A DNA stretch of 59,647 bases, the filler included, from Sluysia triapertura (Eukaryota): NCBI GenBank assembly GCA_046118255.1. It is 4 parts of 4 records of this genome, joined end to end, with 100 filler letters (N's around TTAATTAATTAA, not from the genome) between each part and the next. Parts side by side here need not be neighbours in the genome. Positions count along the whole stretch, not along the records: positions 16,295 to 28,503 come from JBJNIA010128962.1; positions 28,604 to 48,297 come from JBJNIA010054327.1; 2 more parts are not named here. The stretch is one strand, 5' to 3'. Below the pieces are notes generated by a model, which searched no databases, had not been told where the DNA came from, and saw nothing but the letters and a program-made list of their open reading frames with translations. Within the stretch, counting starts at the first letter, position 1. Each line of letters begins with the position of its first letter. Position numbers and translations under genes: made by a program. Shown here in pieces: positions 16,195 through 43,379 of the stretch.

Positions 16195-16294
16195 NNNNNN
16201 NNNNNNNNNNNNNNNNNNNNNNNNNNNNNNNNNNNNNNTTAATTAATTAANNNNNNNNNNNNNNNNNNNNNNNNNNNNNNNNNNNNNNNNNNNN
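16195..16294. other. Artificial scaffold spacer (44N-TTAATTAATTAA-44N); identical ones at 28504-28603 and 48298-48397
   Basis: Same 100-bp construct three times; the 12-mer has stops in all six frames. Confidence 0.95.
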
Positions 16295-16296
16295 AT

Positions 16297-16369
<73 letters not shown>

Positions 16370-16370
16370 T
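16295..16370. repeat. (TAA)n microsatellite
   Basis: taa run at the contig start. Confidence 0.9.
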
Positions 16371-17169
16371 AGAGCAAACATTATTGTAAATTTACATACA
16401 ACACCACTGGAAAAGTATCATCTATTTTATATATGTGAGCATGTGCGAAAAAATCTATATATTCAATTAATAATGATCTTATGTCGCAGAATTTATTTTA
16501 AATGTGTTTACTGACAGAAATTTTTGATTATCTCTTATATGAATAAGATAAATCATTGAATGTACTTTCTATCAAATATTAGTTCTTCTATCACATATTG
16601 GTGTATAATTAAACAATCAATAATCTAATAATAGTAATAATAATATTCAAATGACGCTACATTGTATTAATTATTATTTATATTCAGATAATTGCAGCAC
16701 ACTGTATAGAGTGGTAATCATTTATTGATTCTTTTTAATGATTGAATTTGATTGTATTAATTGATATTATTAAGAAACATATTTATTTTGTGCTACAAGT
16801 TAAAATTAGATTTGAATATTTTAGTATAATTATATAGTAATTCATGTTATAATTATTCCGGTTTATGATAATAACGATATTTAGATAAACATTAGCAAAA
16901 TAAATTGAATATTTCCTTATTTAACTAAATCATTACAATAAAATGGAAAATTATATTTTATAACAATATACAATACAAAATAATAGACATTTCAACCGTT
17001 TTTAATAATAGATGATTTTATTATTTTATTAAATCTAAAAAGTTTCTTTGAAACTTTATTTTAATGTAGACTGATTATTTACTAAAAAAAAATGTTCTTT
17101 TGGATAATCTATTATTTCAGAAAGATGTTATTATCCGTTTGCGATTGAATTTTAATGTCGTAAATATGC

Positions 17170-18159
17170 TTATATCAATTGCAAATAATAATAATATTAC
17201 TACTACCATTATCATTATTATTGTCATTATTCGAATATTGTTTTTTAATGATTTTCCACTTTTTCATTGTATCTTCTAAAATTTTATTGTCGTTTTTAAC
17301 AAGTTTCATAAATGTTCGGTAATGTTGTTCAGCAAAACCAACATAATTGCTTTTTTAAATCTTTTCGAAAACTTTTATTAGATACTAAAATAAAAAAAAA
17401 TTAAAAAATGAATCAATTATAGTAGCACAATTAGCAACTTCACTCAAATATTCGAAAAATAAACCCCATTCTGGAGACGGATTTCGGAACAATTTACTGA
17501 AAAACAAGGGTGTTTCACAAAGTACAAACGAAACACAAAGTATTATAACAAGTCTTGTGCCATCTGAAGATTTATTTTGTGTATTTCGTGAAAAACGTGC
17601 AAAATTTTGTTGAATTCGAAATTGTTTTATACTACTAAAAGCGTTACTAACAGAACGTATAGAAAAACGTGAATTATGACTTATTTGATCAGAATTATTA
17701 TCTTGATCATTGGATATTTGATTCGAAGTAATATTTGCATTAGTATTTTCTGGTACACTGAGAAACTTAGAATTTATAGCTTTAGGAAAATCGGGAGAAC
17801 TGATTCTTTTAGATAATTTTAATTCATTTGTTGTATTATTAGTCATTTTGGATATGGACTCTTTTTTCGGCAAAATTGATAATGATAAACTGTATCGTGC
17901 AGAAATTGGTAGATCAAACTGCTTGTTTGTAGTTGTAATTTCATCCAAATCTGTTGGCATAAGTTGTGTTGCTTCTGCTCGAGAGGTTTCTTGAGTATTC
18001 GAAAGTTTGGGAAATTTATTCGTATTTTTCAGACTGATATGTGCCTTTTGATATCTACGAAGTACGTGTATCAGTAAAACACTAACTACACAAACAATAA
18101 CTACTGGACCACCATTTTGGAACAAAAATAATGTGACTACGCTGTAACCATAACCATAC
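17170..18159 (-). CDS. Terminal exon of a rhodopsin-class (peptide receptor-like) GPCR, TM5 to C-tail, with an apparent 1-nt frameshift near 17392-17400
   Basis: tttag|g YGYGYSVVTLFLFQNGGPVVIVCVVSVLLIHVLRR (TM5), long ICL3, TRLVIILCVSFVLCETP (TM6), VANCATIIDSFFNFF (TM7); the shifted frame continues LVSNKSFRKDLKKQLC (helix 8) to TAA at 17170. Confidence 0.75.
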
Positions 18160-20779
18160 CTAAATTATTAAAATTAAATAAGTACAGTTACATAATAAGA
18201 AAATGCATACATGTAGCATGTCAACGTGGTCTCTTTCCAGCATCATGATATGCAGAAATCTTGTGTAAACCCTTTTAAACATTTACAAATTGAGTTACGC
18301 ACTATGCTATCGTTTATATCAAATATAAAAATATTGTAACATTTAGTTTTTGTAAATCAAATAAAAGCAAAATATCTTAAATCTTAATTTAAAATAAACA
18401 TTTTTGTTTTTTTCTGCCTGTTGCTTACTTTTATAAAAAAGTTAGTAAAACCTAAATATGCCAAAGAAGTTCCTCGTAAGTCCGGTATTCAGGTTGAAAG
18501 AAACCATAGGCGTTCTTCTGAACCACTGAAATACAGAATATATTTGAATGAATAAAAAAGGATAGAAATGGGCCAATCAAATATCATTTGGATTGTAATT
18601 TTAATTAAGACAGCCCATAATTTTAAAGTAAAGTCAAAAAACTTCTCAAGTTAAGCTCTTATACAACTTTCAAATGATTGCCATTAAGAATCTTGTACCA
18701 ACGATATAATCATGAATATAAGTTGAAATTCAATAAAAGAGACTTATAATATGGTAATATTCTTTTTGACTTCTTGAAAGTTCCACAAATGAGATTGTTT
18801 CACCTTTAAATTACCTCAAAATTTAATATCAGATACATTTTATAAATATCTCACACTTCTCTTGGCCCACTGACCATTTTCTGGGGTATATTACTTTTAT
18901 CATATTCACATAACCGAGAACATGTATTTTGATCAATATGTATTTGAACATATTTTTAACAATGAAATATATAAAATTTAAGGAATTGAGTAATTAGAAA
19001 TTAATTCAACAAATTAAAATAAATAAAAATAATAAATATAATCAAATTCAAATATAGATTTATTATTTGATTTAAAAAATATTTATTAAATAAATTATAT
19101 TCTAACTGTAAAATTAATAATATTTTCAAAGAAAAATGATTTATTATTTTACAAATGATGAAATAAGATAAATATTTTACAAATGATTGCATTTTTAATT
19201 TGTAGTTCAAACTTTTTGTTATTTATATATAATCTAAATTTGTATTTTGTTGTTAGTACTATGTTTTAATTGGATGATTTAAAATATATCATAAAATGTG
19301 TAATATTTTAGATAATTATTTAATGAATGATTATTATATTATTGCACAATTAAATAAATTAACTTTGAACTTCAAAATCACAAAATATAAAATTTACATT
19401 TTATCAAACAAATAAATAAATTATTAATTGGTGATTGCAACAAATTTATAATGCACTTAATTTAAAGTAAACTATATCACATGTATTTAAGAATGCATAT
19501 TTTACACAATTTTTTGGTGCACATTTACAATGTTTTCCAAACTAATGTCTTTTTATGTCTTATTGAAAACTATAAATTTATGACCACTTAAAGAATGGCA
19601 TAAGAATTTTGCATAAATACTTGATCAACTTAACAAACAACACTACAGATAAAATAAATAATCAAAAAATATTTTTTAATTTAAAATATGGAGAATTAAA
19701 AAACCAATTAAATGTTTTATTTATAAACTTTACAAGGAGTATAGTGGTTTGAAATTGAAAATAAATATATAGCTTTTCTAACATGCTGTAAAATAAGTAA
19801 ATCAGATTTTCTATCTAGAATAAAAATCCAATAAATATTATTAGTAGATAATTGTTAAAATAATTGTTTTAATAATGCTCTTAATGGCATAGACGATAAA
19901 ATTTTGCTAATGATATTGCTCGATTATTAAATTGACTAAAATCAATTAAATTTAGATTGAGGCTTATGTGAAATGGAAATTATATTCAAGAATGTTATTC
20001 GTTATAATAATTTAAATTTATAATAATAACAAAAGATTAAAATAAAACAATTAAAAAAATTGTGTAATCTGTGTCAAATATAAAATATTTTAAAATATTA
20101 AACAATATAATTCGGTAATTTGGTATTTGTCATTATCGAAATTGTCTCTGATTATATTTATACCACTTTTATCACACGATTCAAATAACTTCATAAAGAC
20201 ATCTAAAGTTGTTTCTCGAATATTATTTATTTATCTAAATAAATAATATCTTTCGAATATCTACAGATAATATGATCGCAAACAGTTTGATGTGGTGATG
20301 AAGAGGACTTTTTCTGAAACTAGTTTGGGTAATTCCAATAGAATATGAAAAATTGTAATAATTTAATGCATGTTTTAATACTTTTTTTAATAATTTGGTG
20401 TCCATATTATTTGTTAATGTTAAACTTTAGCATTTTAATTTTGCGAATGTTTACATTTCCAACATAAAATACAAATAAGTATTAAAATAAACTGCATTTG
20501 TCTTTAAACATTGGTCATTTTATTCATTATATTATTAATTTTTTGCAAATTTAAGATTAACATAGATATTTTAAAGAAAAATAACAAAATTTATATAAGA
20601 ATTTTAATTTAAAATCATTTCAAAAATAAATTTTATTTTATTATTATAAATCCGCAAATATGGTGTACATTTAACAAATTTAACGATTTTATTTAAAACA
20701 ACATAAATTCTTCAAGTTACACAAACTATAAAAACAGGAGTATAAATAAGATAAATGAATAAATAGGAATATTTCAATT

Positions 20780-21970
20780 TAACAATGATGACAGAGAATC
20801 AAAAGCTTCTATGGAACATCGTAAAGTTGATGGAAAGTGTCCATCGCGACGAAGCCTTGCCTTGTTAATTCTCTCTTTTTGCTAACAAGTTTGCATCTAG
20901 ACAAGACTGAAATTTCAGAAATGTATTGTCAAGTTTTTCTATATTTAATTCAGTAAATACATTTTGCATACCATACGATCTTATGTTGTAACGACTGAAT
21001 TCAATTGAAAAATCCAAGATCCAATATATTGGAATCTGGACTATTGGGATGTTGTAATTTAGGTTGGATTAGCCAACCATATTTTGTCTCTTCTCTTGAA
21101 ACTTCATCGTCACCACACAAAAGTGTGAGGTTTTGCATATAAATTGTTTTGTGCTTCTCATTTCTTGAAAATTGTGATTTTATTGCCGGAATTACTTTTT
21201 CCATGATCATTTTCTTGCATTCTTTTACTGTAACTGACTCAATACTTTTTGTGGTTAGTCTTTCATTTGCTCTATTTTGTCATTTTCTTTTGGTCGGCTC
21301 TTGACAGACAAAAGGCCATATACCAATTATTCCATCCAAAATGATTTTTGTGTGAATCATAGCGTGATCTAGCTAAAGCTGCCATGAACGTTTGCTTTTA
21401 CAACTTCTATGGGGTTATTCTTCACCCAACATAAGGTATATGAACGTTAAGTATGACCTATTTTAGTCAATATGAACATTGTTGAATATATTTTCAAAAT
21501 AAAAAAATATCTGACTCAAACAAAACGCTAATCATTTCAACTTATTTTGTTCCGTTAAAGATGGCTTAACAGCCGAAGATATACGTTTAAAACAGTACCA
21601 CACGTAAAAGTATCAAAAAGTGTTGATTTTTGGATATCAGTAGCAGCAGCTAAACCACGAATTATTCTACGAAGGTTTAAGGGGACATTTTTCAAATATT
21701 CCGAATAATTTTTAGATCTTCTTCCATTTTTTGATGAAACATCCGCAAAACTGTGGCCGTTACTAAATTGCTTTTTAGATACGTTCCAAATTCGGGAAAC
21801 GGTTTATCGACTAACCTCGAAACCGGCGGCAACAATGTTTATTGAATCATATTGAAATTTATTTCCTTTTGTGTAGTGCAGTAATTTTTATAAAATACCA
21901 TTACGTTGATTATTGGTTAGTTTTGATGATTTTGATATTTTTCGGCACATTTGATCATAAGTTGCCATTT
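20780..21970 (-). mobile_element. Decayed Tc1/mariner transposase, DD39D (plant-mariner-like) type
   Basis: LTNQQRNGIL..IVAAGFEVSR*TVSRIW at the N-terminus; EKVIPAIKSQF..IYMQ..GWLIQPKLQHPNSPDSNILDLGFFN, like QPPNSPDLNVLDLGFF; many stops and frameshifts. Confidence 0.75.
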
Positions 21971-22597
21971 TGTACCCACAGTGGATGAAATTTAAATTTA
22001 ATTAAAATGGCCAATTGTTTGTTAATTTTGACATTTGTTAATTATTACAGCTCTATCTATTTGATTATTTTCTAACTAATATTTATTTGTATTTAAAATG
22101 AAAAAATGCTTACATAGTAACTAATTACAATAATCCCGTATTTTTTAAGAAATGCAATCCATATTTTTGGACAGATTTTATATATTTCTTTATTTTAAAA
22201 TACTTTTTTCTTTATCATTTAGACATTTGAAAATTGGTTTTAAACATTATGTTTATGATGAAAAGATTTAATTTCTTTTTAAACTAATTTTTTAATTCTT
22301 AGAAATATTCTTTTTGCTCATAAATTTTATTTGAAGACAGAGTTATTTTGGACTTTATATCTGTTATTTTGACATTAATGCGCATTTCAAGGCATTTTGA
22401 TCAGTACTACTTGTTACCAGTTACGGCTCTCAATATCTAAATGATAAAATCACGTTAATACTATAAATTTAAATAAACTGTTTTTGTTACGTTGTCGTCT
22501 AAAATCATTCATAATCTTAAAAAATACTTAAAAGTATTTATTTTCGAAAAAAGAAATTATTTTTCAAAAAAAGAAAATTAGCTTCTGAAAATAAAAT

Positions 22598-22665
22598 AGA
22601 AGCTTATAGAATGTTCTAGAACATCCCAAAAATTCCAATTGGCTGATGACTGGTATACATAAACT
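22598..22665 (+). promoter_or_regulatory. Heat-shock-element-like array followed by CCAAT and TATA-like boxes (possible LTR promoter)
   Basis: aGAAgcTTAtaGAAtgTTCtaGAAcaTCC (alternating nGAAn units, perfect 3-unit core), then ccaattgg and tatacataaa. Confidence 0.35.
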
Positions 22666-25600
22666 AGAAGCACATTAATGAGAATCGCTATTTTGATTTA
22701 TACAATTTTGTCGCCATTTGTTCTCCATTTTATTTTCCATTCATTCCAGTTTATCATTTATTTTTGTGATTGCACATTTTGGTTTACCTATTGACAAATG
22801 GATAATTGATATTCGCTATTGGTGGCAACATTATTCGTTCAGAACCTGTTTTCTATTCCATGCTTACCTTAGGTTTTTTATTAAGGTGACACTAATTGCA
22901 AAAATTAGTATCTTAAAATCTACTTAAATTTATTTTTTAACGTTTTATTAAGTTTCCCCAAATATTGAGGGCTTAAATTTATTTTAAAGACCCTTTTTAC
23001 TCTTTCTCTGTCCATTCTTTATATTATAAGTAAATTTTAAATTTTAAATCTTTTTCTGATTTTTCAATAAGCATATCTGAATTTGTAGTTTCATTATTAT
23101 AATCAAGTTAGGGATTCAATAAATTAATTAAAATTAGAATTTTTTAGTTAAATTAAGAAGCTTTTTCAAAGAGTTAATTGAGCATTTGATACAACCCTAA
23201 TTAAGGAGCATTTCAGTTAGAATAAATGTTAATGTTTATTCTATTTCAAAAATATTATAATGAAGAATTTATTTTAAAATCTTTTGCTTACTTATTTTAT
23301 AGAATATATTAGCACCACATGAAATATTATATTTTTATTAAGGTTATGAATTATAATCCAAAATGAATAATAATTTATATTTTGATTAAAGAAGATAAAA
23401 GATCTAAATTTATAATACTTTGAAAATAAATGTAAAGAATGTATTGAAAATCTTGAATCTTCAGAATTTAAAATTGCCTTCATACCGAATTTCACGAATT
23501 AAAGATTTACAAGATAAATTTACGAAACTTATAAGGAATATGTCAAAATAAATATTTTTATCAAACCAACAATAATATATTTACATAAGCTTTTATTTTA
23601 ATTCACATTATTTATCCTATTTTCCTTTATCTTTCATTGTATGTTTATTTCTATTAGAAAACCATATGAAGATCACTAATAATATAAATTTATTTTTATT
23701 AATTTTAATATTTGAAATAAAATTAAATTTTTTGTCTATTATTAATAATTTAGTATATTAATATGAAAATAATAATTTCTATTCTTTTTCTATTATTATC
23801 ATCATGTGTGACATAAATAATTAAACAGTTATTATTATATTACGTTTGTGAAAGTACTTTGTTACAATAGAATAATAAATTCTTTAGGCTTTAAATTTTT
23901 AATTTAATATTTTAACACGTGATTTTATTTTCTCTCATAATTCATGTACTTTGGAAATAGTTGTAAAACAGTTACATTATCTATTTAGAAAATAGATATT
24001 TAAAGAACAATGCATATTTATCGAAAAATATGAATAAAATAACCATTAATCTTTAAAGGTTTAATCTTATATTAAAATTCAACATTAATTTTTCATTATG
24101 TCATTTATTTTTAATTTTAATTTAATATTTAATTTCATTCAATTAATTACACTTAAATAAATATTTACTCAACACTTAGAAACTTAAGTAATACTAAAAC
24201 GTTTATCTTAATCTGAATTGATCGGATATTTAAAGTATTGTTACAATTTAACACAAATTTTTTAAATAATTTATTAAATAATTAAATTTATTAAGTAATT
24301 AAGGAGAATAGAAAAAAGTAAAATATACAATACTAATTATTAGAAAATTCCATAAAATTATGAAAGCAAGTAGATCAAATTAAAATATTAGAGGTTTTAC
24401 ACTAATATCAAAAATATATATTGTGAGACGAACTTACAACAAAGATACTTACGATTGACATAGATATGTAAAGTTTCGTAGTCTTTTGGATCAGATAATT
24501 TGTGCAGAATTAAGCAATAGGGATGATAACTGTTATAATCCTTATTTTTCATTAAATAATAGAACTATTAGAATCCCTAATCTTCGTATGTATCTTTAAT
24601 AATAACGATTTACTTATATTTCAATGATGCTTCATGTAGCAATAAAAGAGTAATTAAATTTGAAAAATCCGAAATTAAAATAAAATTACAATAAAACGAT
24701 TATAAAATTTTGTGAGTAGAAGATTTATAAAATTTTATGTAAAAATTTACAAAAAAAACTTTATAAAATTGAAAAAATATAATTCTTATAATTTTAATAA
24801 AACAAAGTTTGAAATAACTTTACAAAATAATTTATAAAATATTTACAATTATAGATTTCTTACTTTATTGAACTTTATAAATTTTATTTTCTACAATATC
24901 ATTAATCATTGTCATTTCACCAATAATAATAACAATAAGACGGTTAAGTCACTTTTTAGATGTTTTTGGTTTTTAAATTACAAAAAGTTTCCTTTTTGAC
25001 CTTTTATTTATTTCTCAGAATTTTCCAACAATCATGAAATAGCTGACGTAAACTTTCATAATCTTTCACAGCCTCCAATCATTTCTAGTTATAATATTCG
25101 ATTGTCATTGAAGCTTATGTTGCCAGATTTAAAACGAACAAGTAATTCACTAAACTTTGACTCAGTGATTATTAAGATCACGAAATAATAATAATAACAA
25201 TAATAATATGAAAGTGCTTATAAACAGTTATTTTCACTAAGTGAAAAAAGTAACCAAAATCGTCAATTTTCAAAAGAAAAAATTGGTTTAATAAAGGTCG
25301 GAAATTTATCTACCAAATTAATATATTTTTGACTCATTTATAGAAACAAATTAAATCCAAATTATTAAATTCATATAATAATGTTTTCTTTTACATTATA
25401 TTTTATATAAAAAGAATTAAATCCGCGATACAAATTTGTGTTTTTGAGCGACTCCAGAAATTAAATGACTCGCTACTAATAATTATAATAATTATAAAAA
25501 TATTAATAATAATTACAATAATAATTAGTAATTTATTTATAAATATATTAATGTTTTTATCAAAATTAAGAATCAGATACAATTTTTAATAAAACGTAGC

Positions 25601-27459
25601 AAAAGAACTAAAGATAATTACAATAGGTAGTCCCAAATTTTATTTTATGTAGCTTCTGATTTGTAATTCATGTTTAAGGTAAAAGATAAAGTGAAGCATA
25701 AAAGTAAAAATATACTCTGGAAATTGTGGTCCGAACGTTTTAAGAAATAATATATATTTCTGGTACTTAGTGAAAAAAATGTTTGAAATTTTAATTATTA
25801 AAACAATAAAATAATAATTGTAATGAAACTTTTCTAAAAAAAACGTTAAACGTGATGTAAAAATAGGAAAAGATTTAAAAATAAAAGGACACCATAATAT
25901 AAACATGGTACGCAGAAATTATTTATTAAAATTAAAATAAAGAAAAATATTTTTGCGAAATACAAAAATGTTATGATGTTATAAAACTTTATTGTTAATA
26001 TAAAAAGGTTTAATTAAAAATTTGTTCCAAATTTTATGTAAGATTATGAAACAATAACAATTTCATGTATTGCGGAAATTCTGAAATATTTCTCCATCCT
26101 TTATTTATTAAATAAAAGTACAAATAATACGCTAACATTTTTATTTATTTCAATTTTAAATTAAAATTATAAAATGTACATCTTATTTTATAAAATGCAT
26201 TAATTTATTTTCAATATTTAAGAAAAAGATTTATATTCTTATAGTTTATAATCAAATTTATTAAGATTTTGTAATTTATTTCTTCTTTTGATTTAGTTAA
26301 TAAATAAGAACAAATAGAAAACATAAAAGTATTGCACAGTTGATGACAATTTTGTATATTAAATGTCATTTTAATTAAAACTCAATCACATTAATGGAAA
26401 ATACATTTTATTCATACAAGTTTTCTTTTTATGATTTACTTAGTTGTTAAAAACATCACTTAATATTTTTATTATTATTTTTGTTAAAGATTTATTTAAA
26501 TTTAATAGCTCATTCATTTTGATTTGTGTATAATATTTAATTTCTATATATATATATATATCAAATTTAATTTAATTTATCATTAAATTTACAATTCATG
26601 AAAAAATATTTTGTAAAAAAATTGCAATCTAATTTTTTTCATTTGCTATCTTCTATTACTAATGAGTTAAATTACAAATATTTCTTAAAACGTTAAGTTC
26701 AATAAAATAAAATAATGCATTAATTTTCAGTTCTTATAACATTTGAAAATTATTTGAAATTTGTTTTCTTCAACTTCTAATATCTTTTTACAATTCTAAA
26801 AATGACTTTATGCACAATTTTGTAAAATAGACAATATTTTCTATTTTATAAATAAATATACAAAATGTTTAGAAATTGTTAAAATTAATAAAACGTTAAA
26901 ATAAAATTTGAAAATTTCATTGATCACCTTGATTTAATTGTTCAAACCAAGCAGATTACATACGTGGGACTTTCAACCAATATGATCGAATATAAAAATA
27001 ATTGCAACATTTTAAAATGTGTTTTTAAATTTTAAAGTAGTACAGGATTAGTAAAAAAATTAATGTTGAATTTAATGAAGATAATTGTTTAATTATTTTG
27101 ATTTATTACAATTACCTTTTTATCGAAATTGTTTCACATTATTCATTCATGGATCTCTTATTTATTTATTTATCATATTTATCTCTTATATAAATGAAGT
27201 ATATAAACTGTAATTAAAATAATGTATTAAATAATAAAAAATAATAAATTATATATATATTATTTTTACACTTAAAAATACGTTAAAATTTTTTAGAAAA
27301 TGTTTAATGATTTCTTTTAATTATCTTTATAAATCGTGATTTAAATTTCGATTAATTCTTTATTGCTTGAATTTTAAAAATGTCTACATATTGATTTTAC
27401 GATTAAGCTAAATTTCATCTCACACAAATAAAGGTACCATAATATTCAGTGTTATCATT

Positions 27460-27460
<1 letters not shown>

Positions 27461-27510
<50 letters not shown>
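27461..27510. repeat. (TAA)n microsatellite
   Basis: Perfect taa run. Confidence 0.95.
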
Positions 27511-28603
27511 GGAAAAATAATGATAATTTATTAATAATTATTATGTAATAACAAAAGAATAAAATTTGTCAATCTAGTAAAACAATAAATTATTATTAAT
27601 TATTAATTCATAAATTATTAATTAAAGCCGTAATATAAATTCCTTTAAAGATTGCTATTTAAATATAATTATTAATTGTCTCCCATCATGAAGAAGCTTT
27701 TAACATCCCCAGTGATGCATACACTTTTGATTAAGTATCAATCTTTATACTTGAAATTATATACATCATAAATTTTATAATACAAATAGAATCAAATCTT
27801 TTAATGTAAATTTAAGTATTTAAATAATTCATAATATAATAATATTATTATGATTATTAATTCAAACGAAAACGAAAGAATCGCTTTCTAAAATTAATGT
27901 AATCAAGATACATTAAATAATTTTTGTAATTTTTATTTAAATAAATTATTAAAATTATTAAAATTAAATTATTATTTTGAAGTACATATAAATCAAGATT
28001 ATATACTTAATTAATGTAATATAATAACTATCAGATTAAATGATGTAATAAACGTTCTATAAAATTTATTTTTAAATTATATTAATAATTATTATTTTAT
28101 TATTAAATATTTAGTAAATGTATATAAAATAATAATTAATTTTCACATTTTATATTTAAAATATTTAAAAGTTTCAAAGCATATTTTTTGTATTTATGTA
28201 AATTCTACAAAACTTAATAAAAATATGTATACTTTATTTATATAGAATCGTTTTAATTACTTTTAAAAGTATATGTTAGTGGTTTCATTCATTTTTAAAC
28301 CTAACTTACATTTAATATAATTTACATACGAAAATATAATCTAATGAAATCAATAACCATACTATTATCTTTTTAACCTTTGTCCGTCAACCGAATGTAA
28401 TTGTGACGTTTTAGTCAACCTGGGGAGTAATTTTACCCCCCAGAATTTTTACCCACCGTTTACGTTAACGTAGTATTACATCATACTGAAGAGAGCTGTG
28501 AAANNNNNNNNNNNNNNNNNNNNNNNNNNNNNNNNNNNNNNNNNNNNTTAATTAATTAANNNNNNNNNNNNNNNNNNNNNNNNNNNNNNNNNNNNNNNNN
28601 NNN

Positions 28604-30060
28604 GTTTGGTATAAAGCGTATATACTAAGCGAACTGACCCTACAGATAATTTGTTAGGAATAAGGAAAAAACTAACAATACCAAACATCATAGCATGTAC
28701 AGATTGATTTTAATCATCACTGATATAATCATACACAAACACAGCCCTGCTCATCTATCTTAACTGTACTCAAACACTAACACTTTTTACCATTTCAGCA
28801 AATACAACAAACGCCAATCTTAGCTTCACACCTTTTAAAACTAACATTCTTTCTCAAAACTCAATGAAACAAGATAAAACATAGATCAAAAACATAAGAT
28901 AACACCGGCAAGTAACAAGCAATAATAAAAGCGAAGGTACTCCTTTACAAACATCATCTGGAGCAAAATAACATATCGCGAGACGACTTCATAATAACAC
29001 TGTTCATCTTATAACAACAAATAAGACAATTACACCTACCAAAAACATCAACAAACTACAAATCGAAAACAAAAAAAATAATTTACACTCCACAATTAAC
29101 ATTAATAATAATACCATCAAATACAAAACAGTCAACTTCACTTAAACTACATAACAAATCATCCAATAAAACTCAGTTACAGAAATATTTTACACCACAA
29201 GCAAATATTACACAATTAAATCATCCTCGTTGATCTCTAAAGACATCAAAATTTAAGTTTTAGGTTCGCCACCAGCTTGACCCCACCTTTGTCCCGTGGC
29301 ACAAGTAGGAAACCTTTAGTAAATAATACTACCCACAACAGTTGTCATCACCCTAATATACAAGCGGCCCAAGCGTAAAAAATAAAACCCCAGGTACTTC
29401 GCTCAAGTATGCAAGGGCCCCAAATTAAACGTCTAACTCGATTCAATGACTTAACAAACGCAACAGCAACTGAACCAACGCCGTTCTTAGTCAAAATCAA
29501 CAGCCGAAACAACAAACCCAAAGTGGCAATAGCAAGAATATTCAATCAAATAAATAATTCCACTTCAATTCAAAGGGGCTTACCAAATCAGTTGACAATC
29601 GTAATTCGTATCATGTTCAAAACAACCAAGTTAACAAAAAAATTCACTTCTATAAACAATCGCCTAAAACCTGCTACAATATTTCGTCCAATCCTAAAAC
29701 AAACATGTCCTCGCAAAATTTATTAACAGACCCCTAAAAACACAGTTCTGGATACAATAAGGTTCTGGACAATGATGCAATTTTAATTAAACCAAAACGT
29801 ATAGCGTGCAATCAAAACTTTCCCCTTCGACGAAATTAAAGTATTACACGCCCGAACCAAACATACAAACGTATGGTTCCACCTACAAGTCCCAACCATT
29901 TACATTACCATTTAAAATAACGCAACTATAACAACTCACAGAGCCATAATCTCAATAAATCATCAATTATTCGGGGTACAGATGATGACCCAGACATCAA
30001 CCACAATCAACACCGCACCCCATCAGAATTCTTTTTGGACACTGGTTCTCCAAACACATG
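28604..30060 (+). mobile_element. Decayed Penelope-like retroelement (RT linker and GIY-YIG remnants)
   Basis: A/C-rich, G-poor block; IRIMFKTTKL..TCPRKIY*QT (like CxxxYIGQT) and FPFDEIKVLH (like FDFxxxKIL); RT-like SLISKDIK..GSP near 29225-29270. Confidence 0.5.
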
Positions 30061-30318
30061 GAAAATAAAAAACATTACTGTCGACTGGGACAGTGATTAT
30101 TTTTTCACTAAATGTATTTAGAATTTATAAATACATGTAATTTTTACATTTATTATTTCTTTTAGACTTCTTTCTGACCGAATACCAAAAATGGTTAGCA
30201 TAAGTCTAATTACAATACTTAAAATTATATGGCACCATGCCGAGAACTCCTGGGACAGGAAATAACTCGTACAATGGGTTAATATTAGTATTTATTTTAA
30301 TATATTAAAAATACAAAC

Positions 30319-42736
<12,418 letters not shown>

Positions 42737-43379
42737 CTAAAAAGTGAAAATATATTTAGATGGTAATTATAAGGAGTAAAATTTTTAAATGACTATTTTA
42801 TTTTATTTTTATTTCTCGTGATTTTATTTTACCGATAAATAGATACGTCTCAACACATCCTCTGTATAAAGTATGTAAATTGTGTTTTATAATTGATTTT
42901 TAATGTAAACTATGTAAATTTACCATTATTATATAATTAACAAAAATTATAAAATTACTAAAAAATTATAAATTTATATAATAAAATTATAAAAAACTAA
43001 AATAAAAATTATGAAATTATTTTAAATTAAATTTTGAAAAGATTAAAATAAAAAATTATAAAATTAAATTTTGAGAAAATTAAAATGTTTAAATCTAAAT
43101 ATTTTGTTATACAAAAAATAAAGAAAAGAAACAAAGATAATTTATTTGTAAATAATTAGTTATTTTTAGGAAGCCATTTTAAAAGTAAATTTGCCTATGT
43201 ATAATAACAGATTTTAGATAGGAACGCACAACAAAATTTTTTAGTAATCCAAATTTTCAAGAAGCAGTTCGAGAAATAAAGTTTAGAATCCATGCATCCA
43301 AAGTAATTGATTTTTATAAGTTTCTAAACTTCACTTTACATAGGAAGTTTAAAATATTACTTAATTTGTTCATATATAT

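Noticed and set aside
20295-20326. Hammerhead-ribozyme-like cores (tgaagagg..gaaactag; also ~28486-28503 and ~34457-34490)
   Set aside because: CUGANGA core mutated or cut by a gap, and stems I-III could not be formed.
28604-30060. Strong strand skew suggesting a mitochondrial insertion (NUMT)
   Set aside because: No mitochondrial protein or rRNA motif recognised; Penelope-like motifs fit better.
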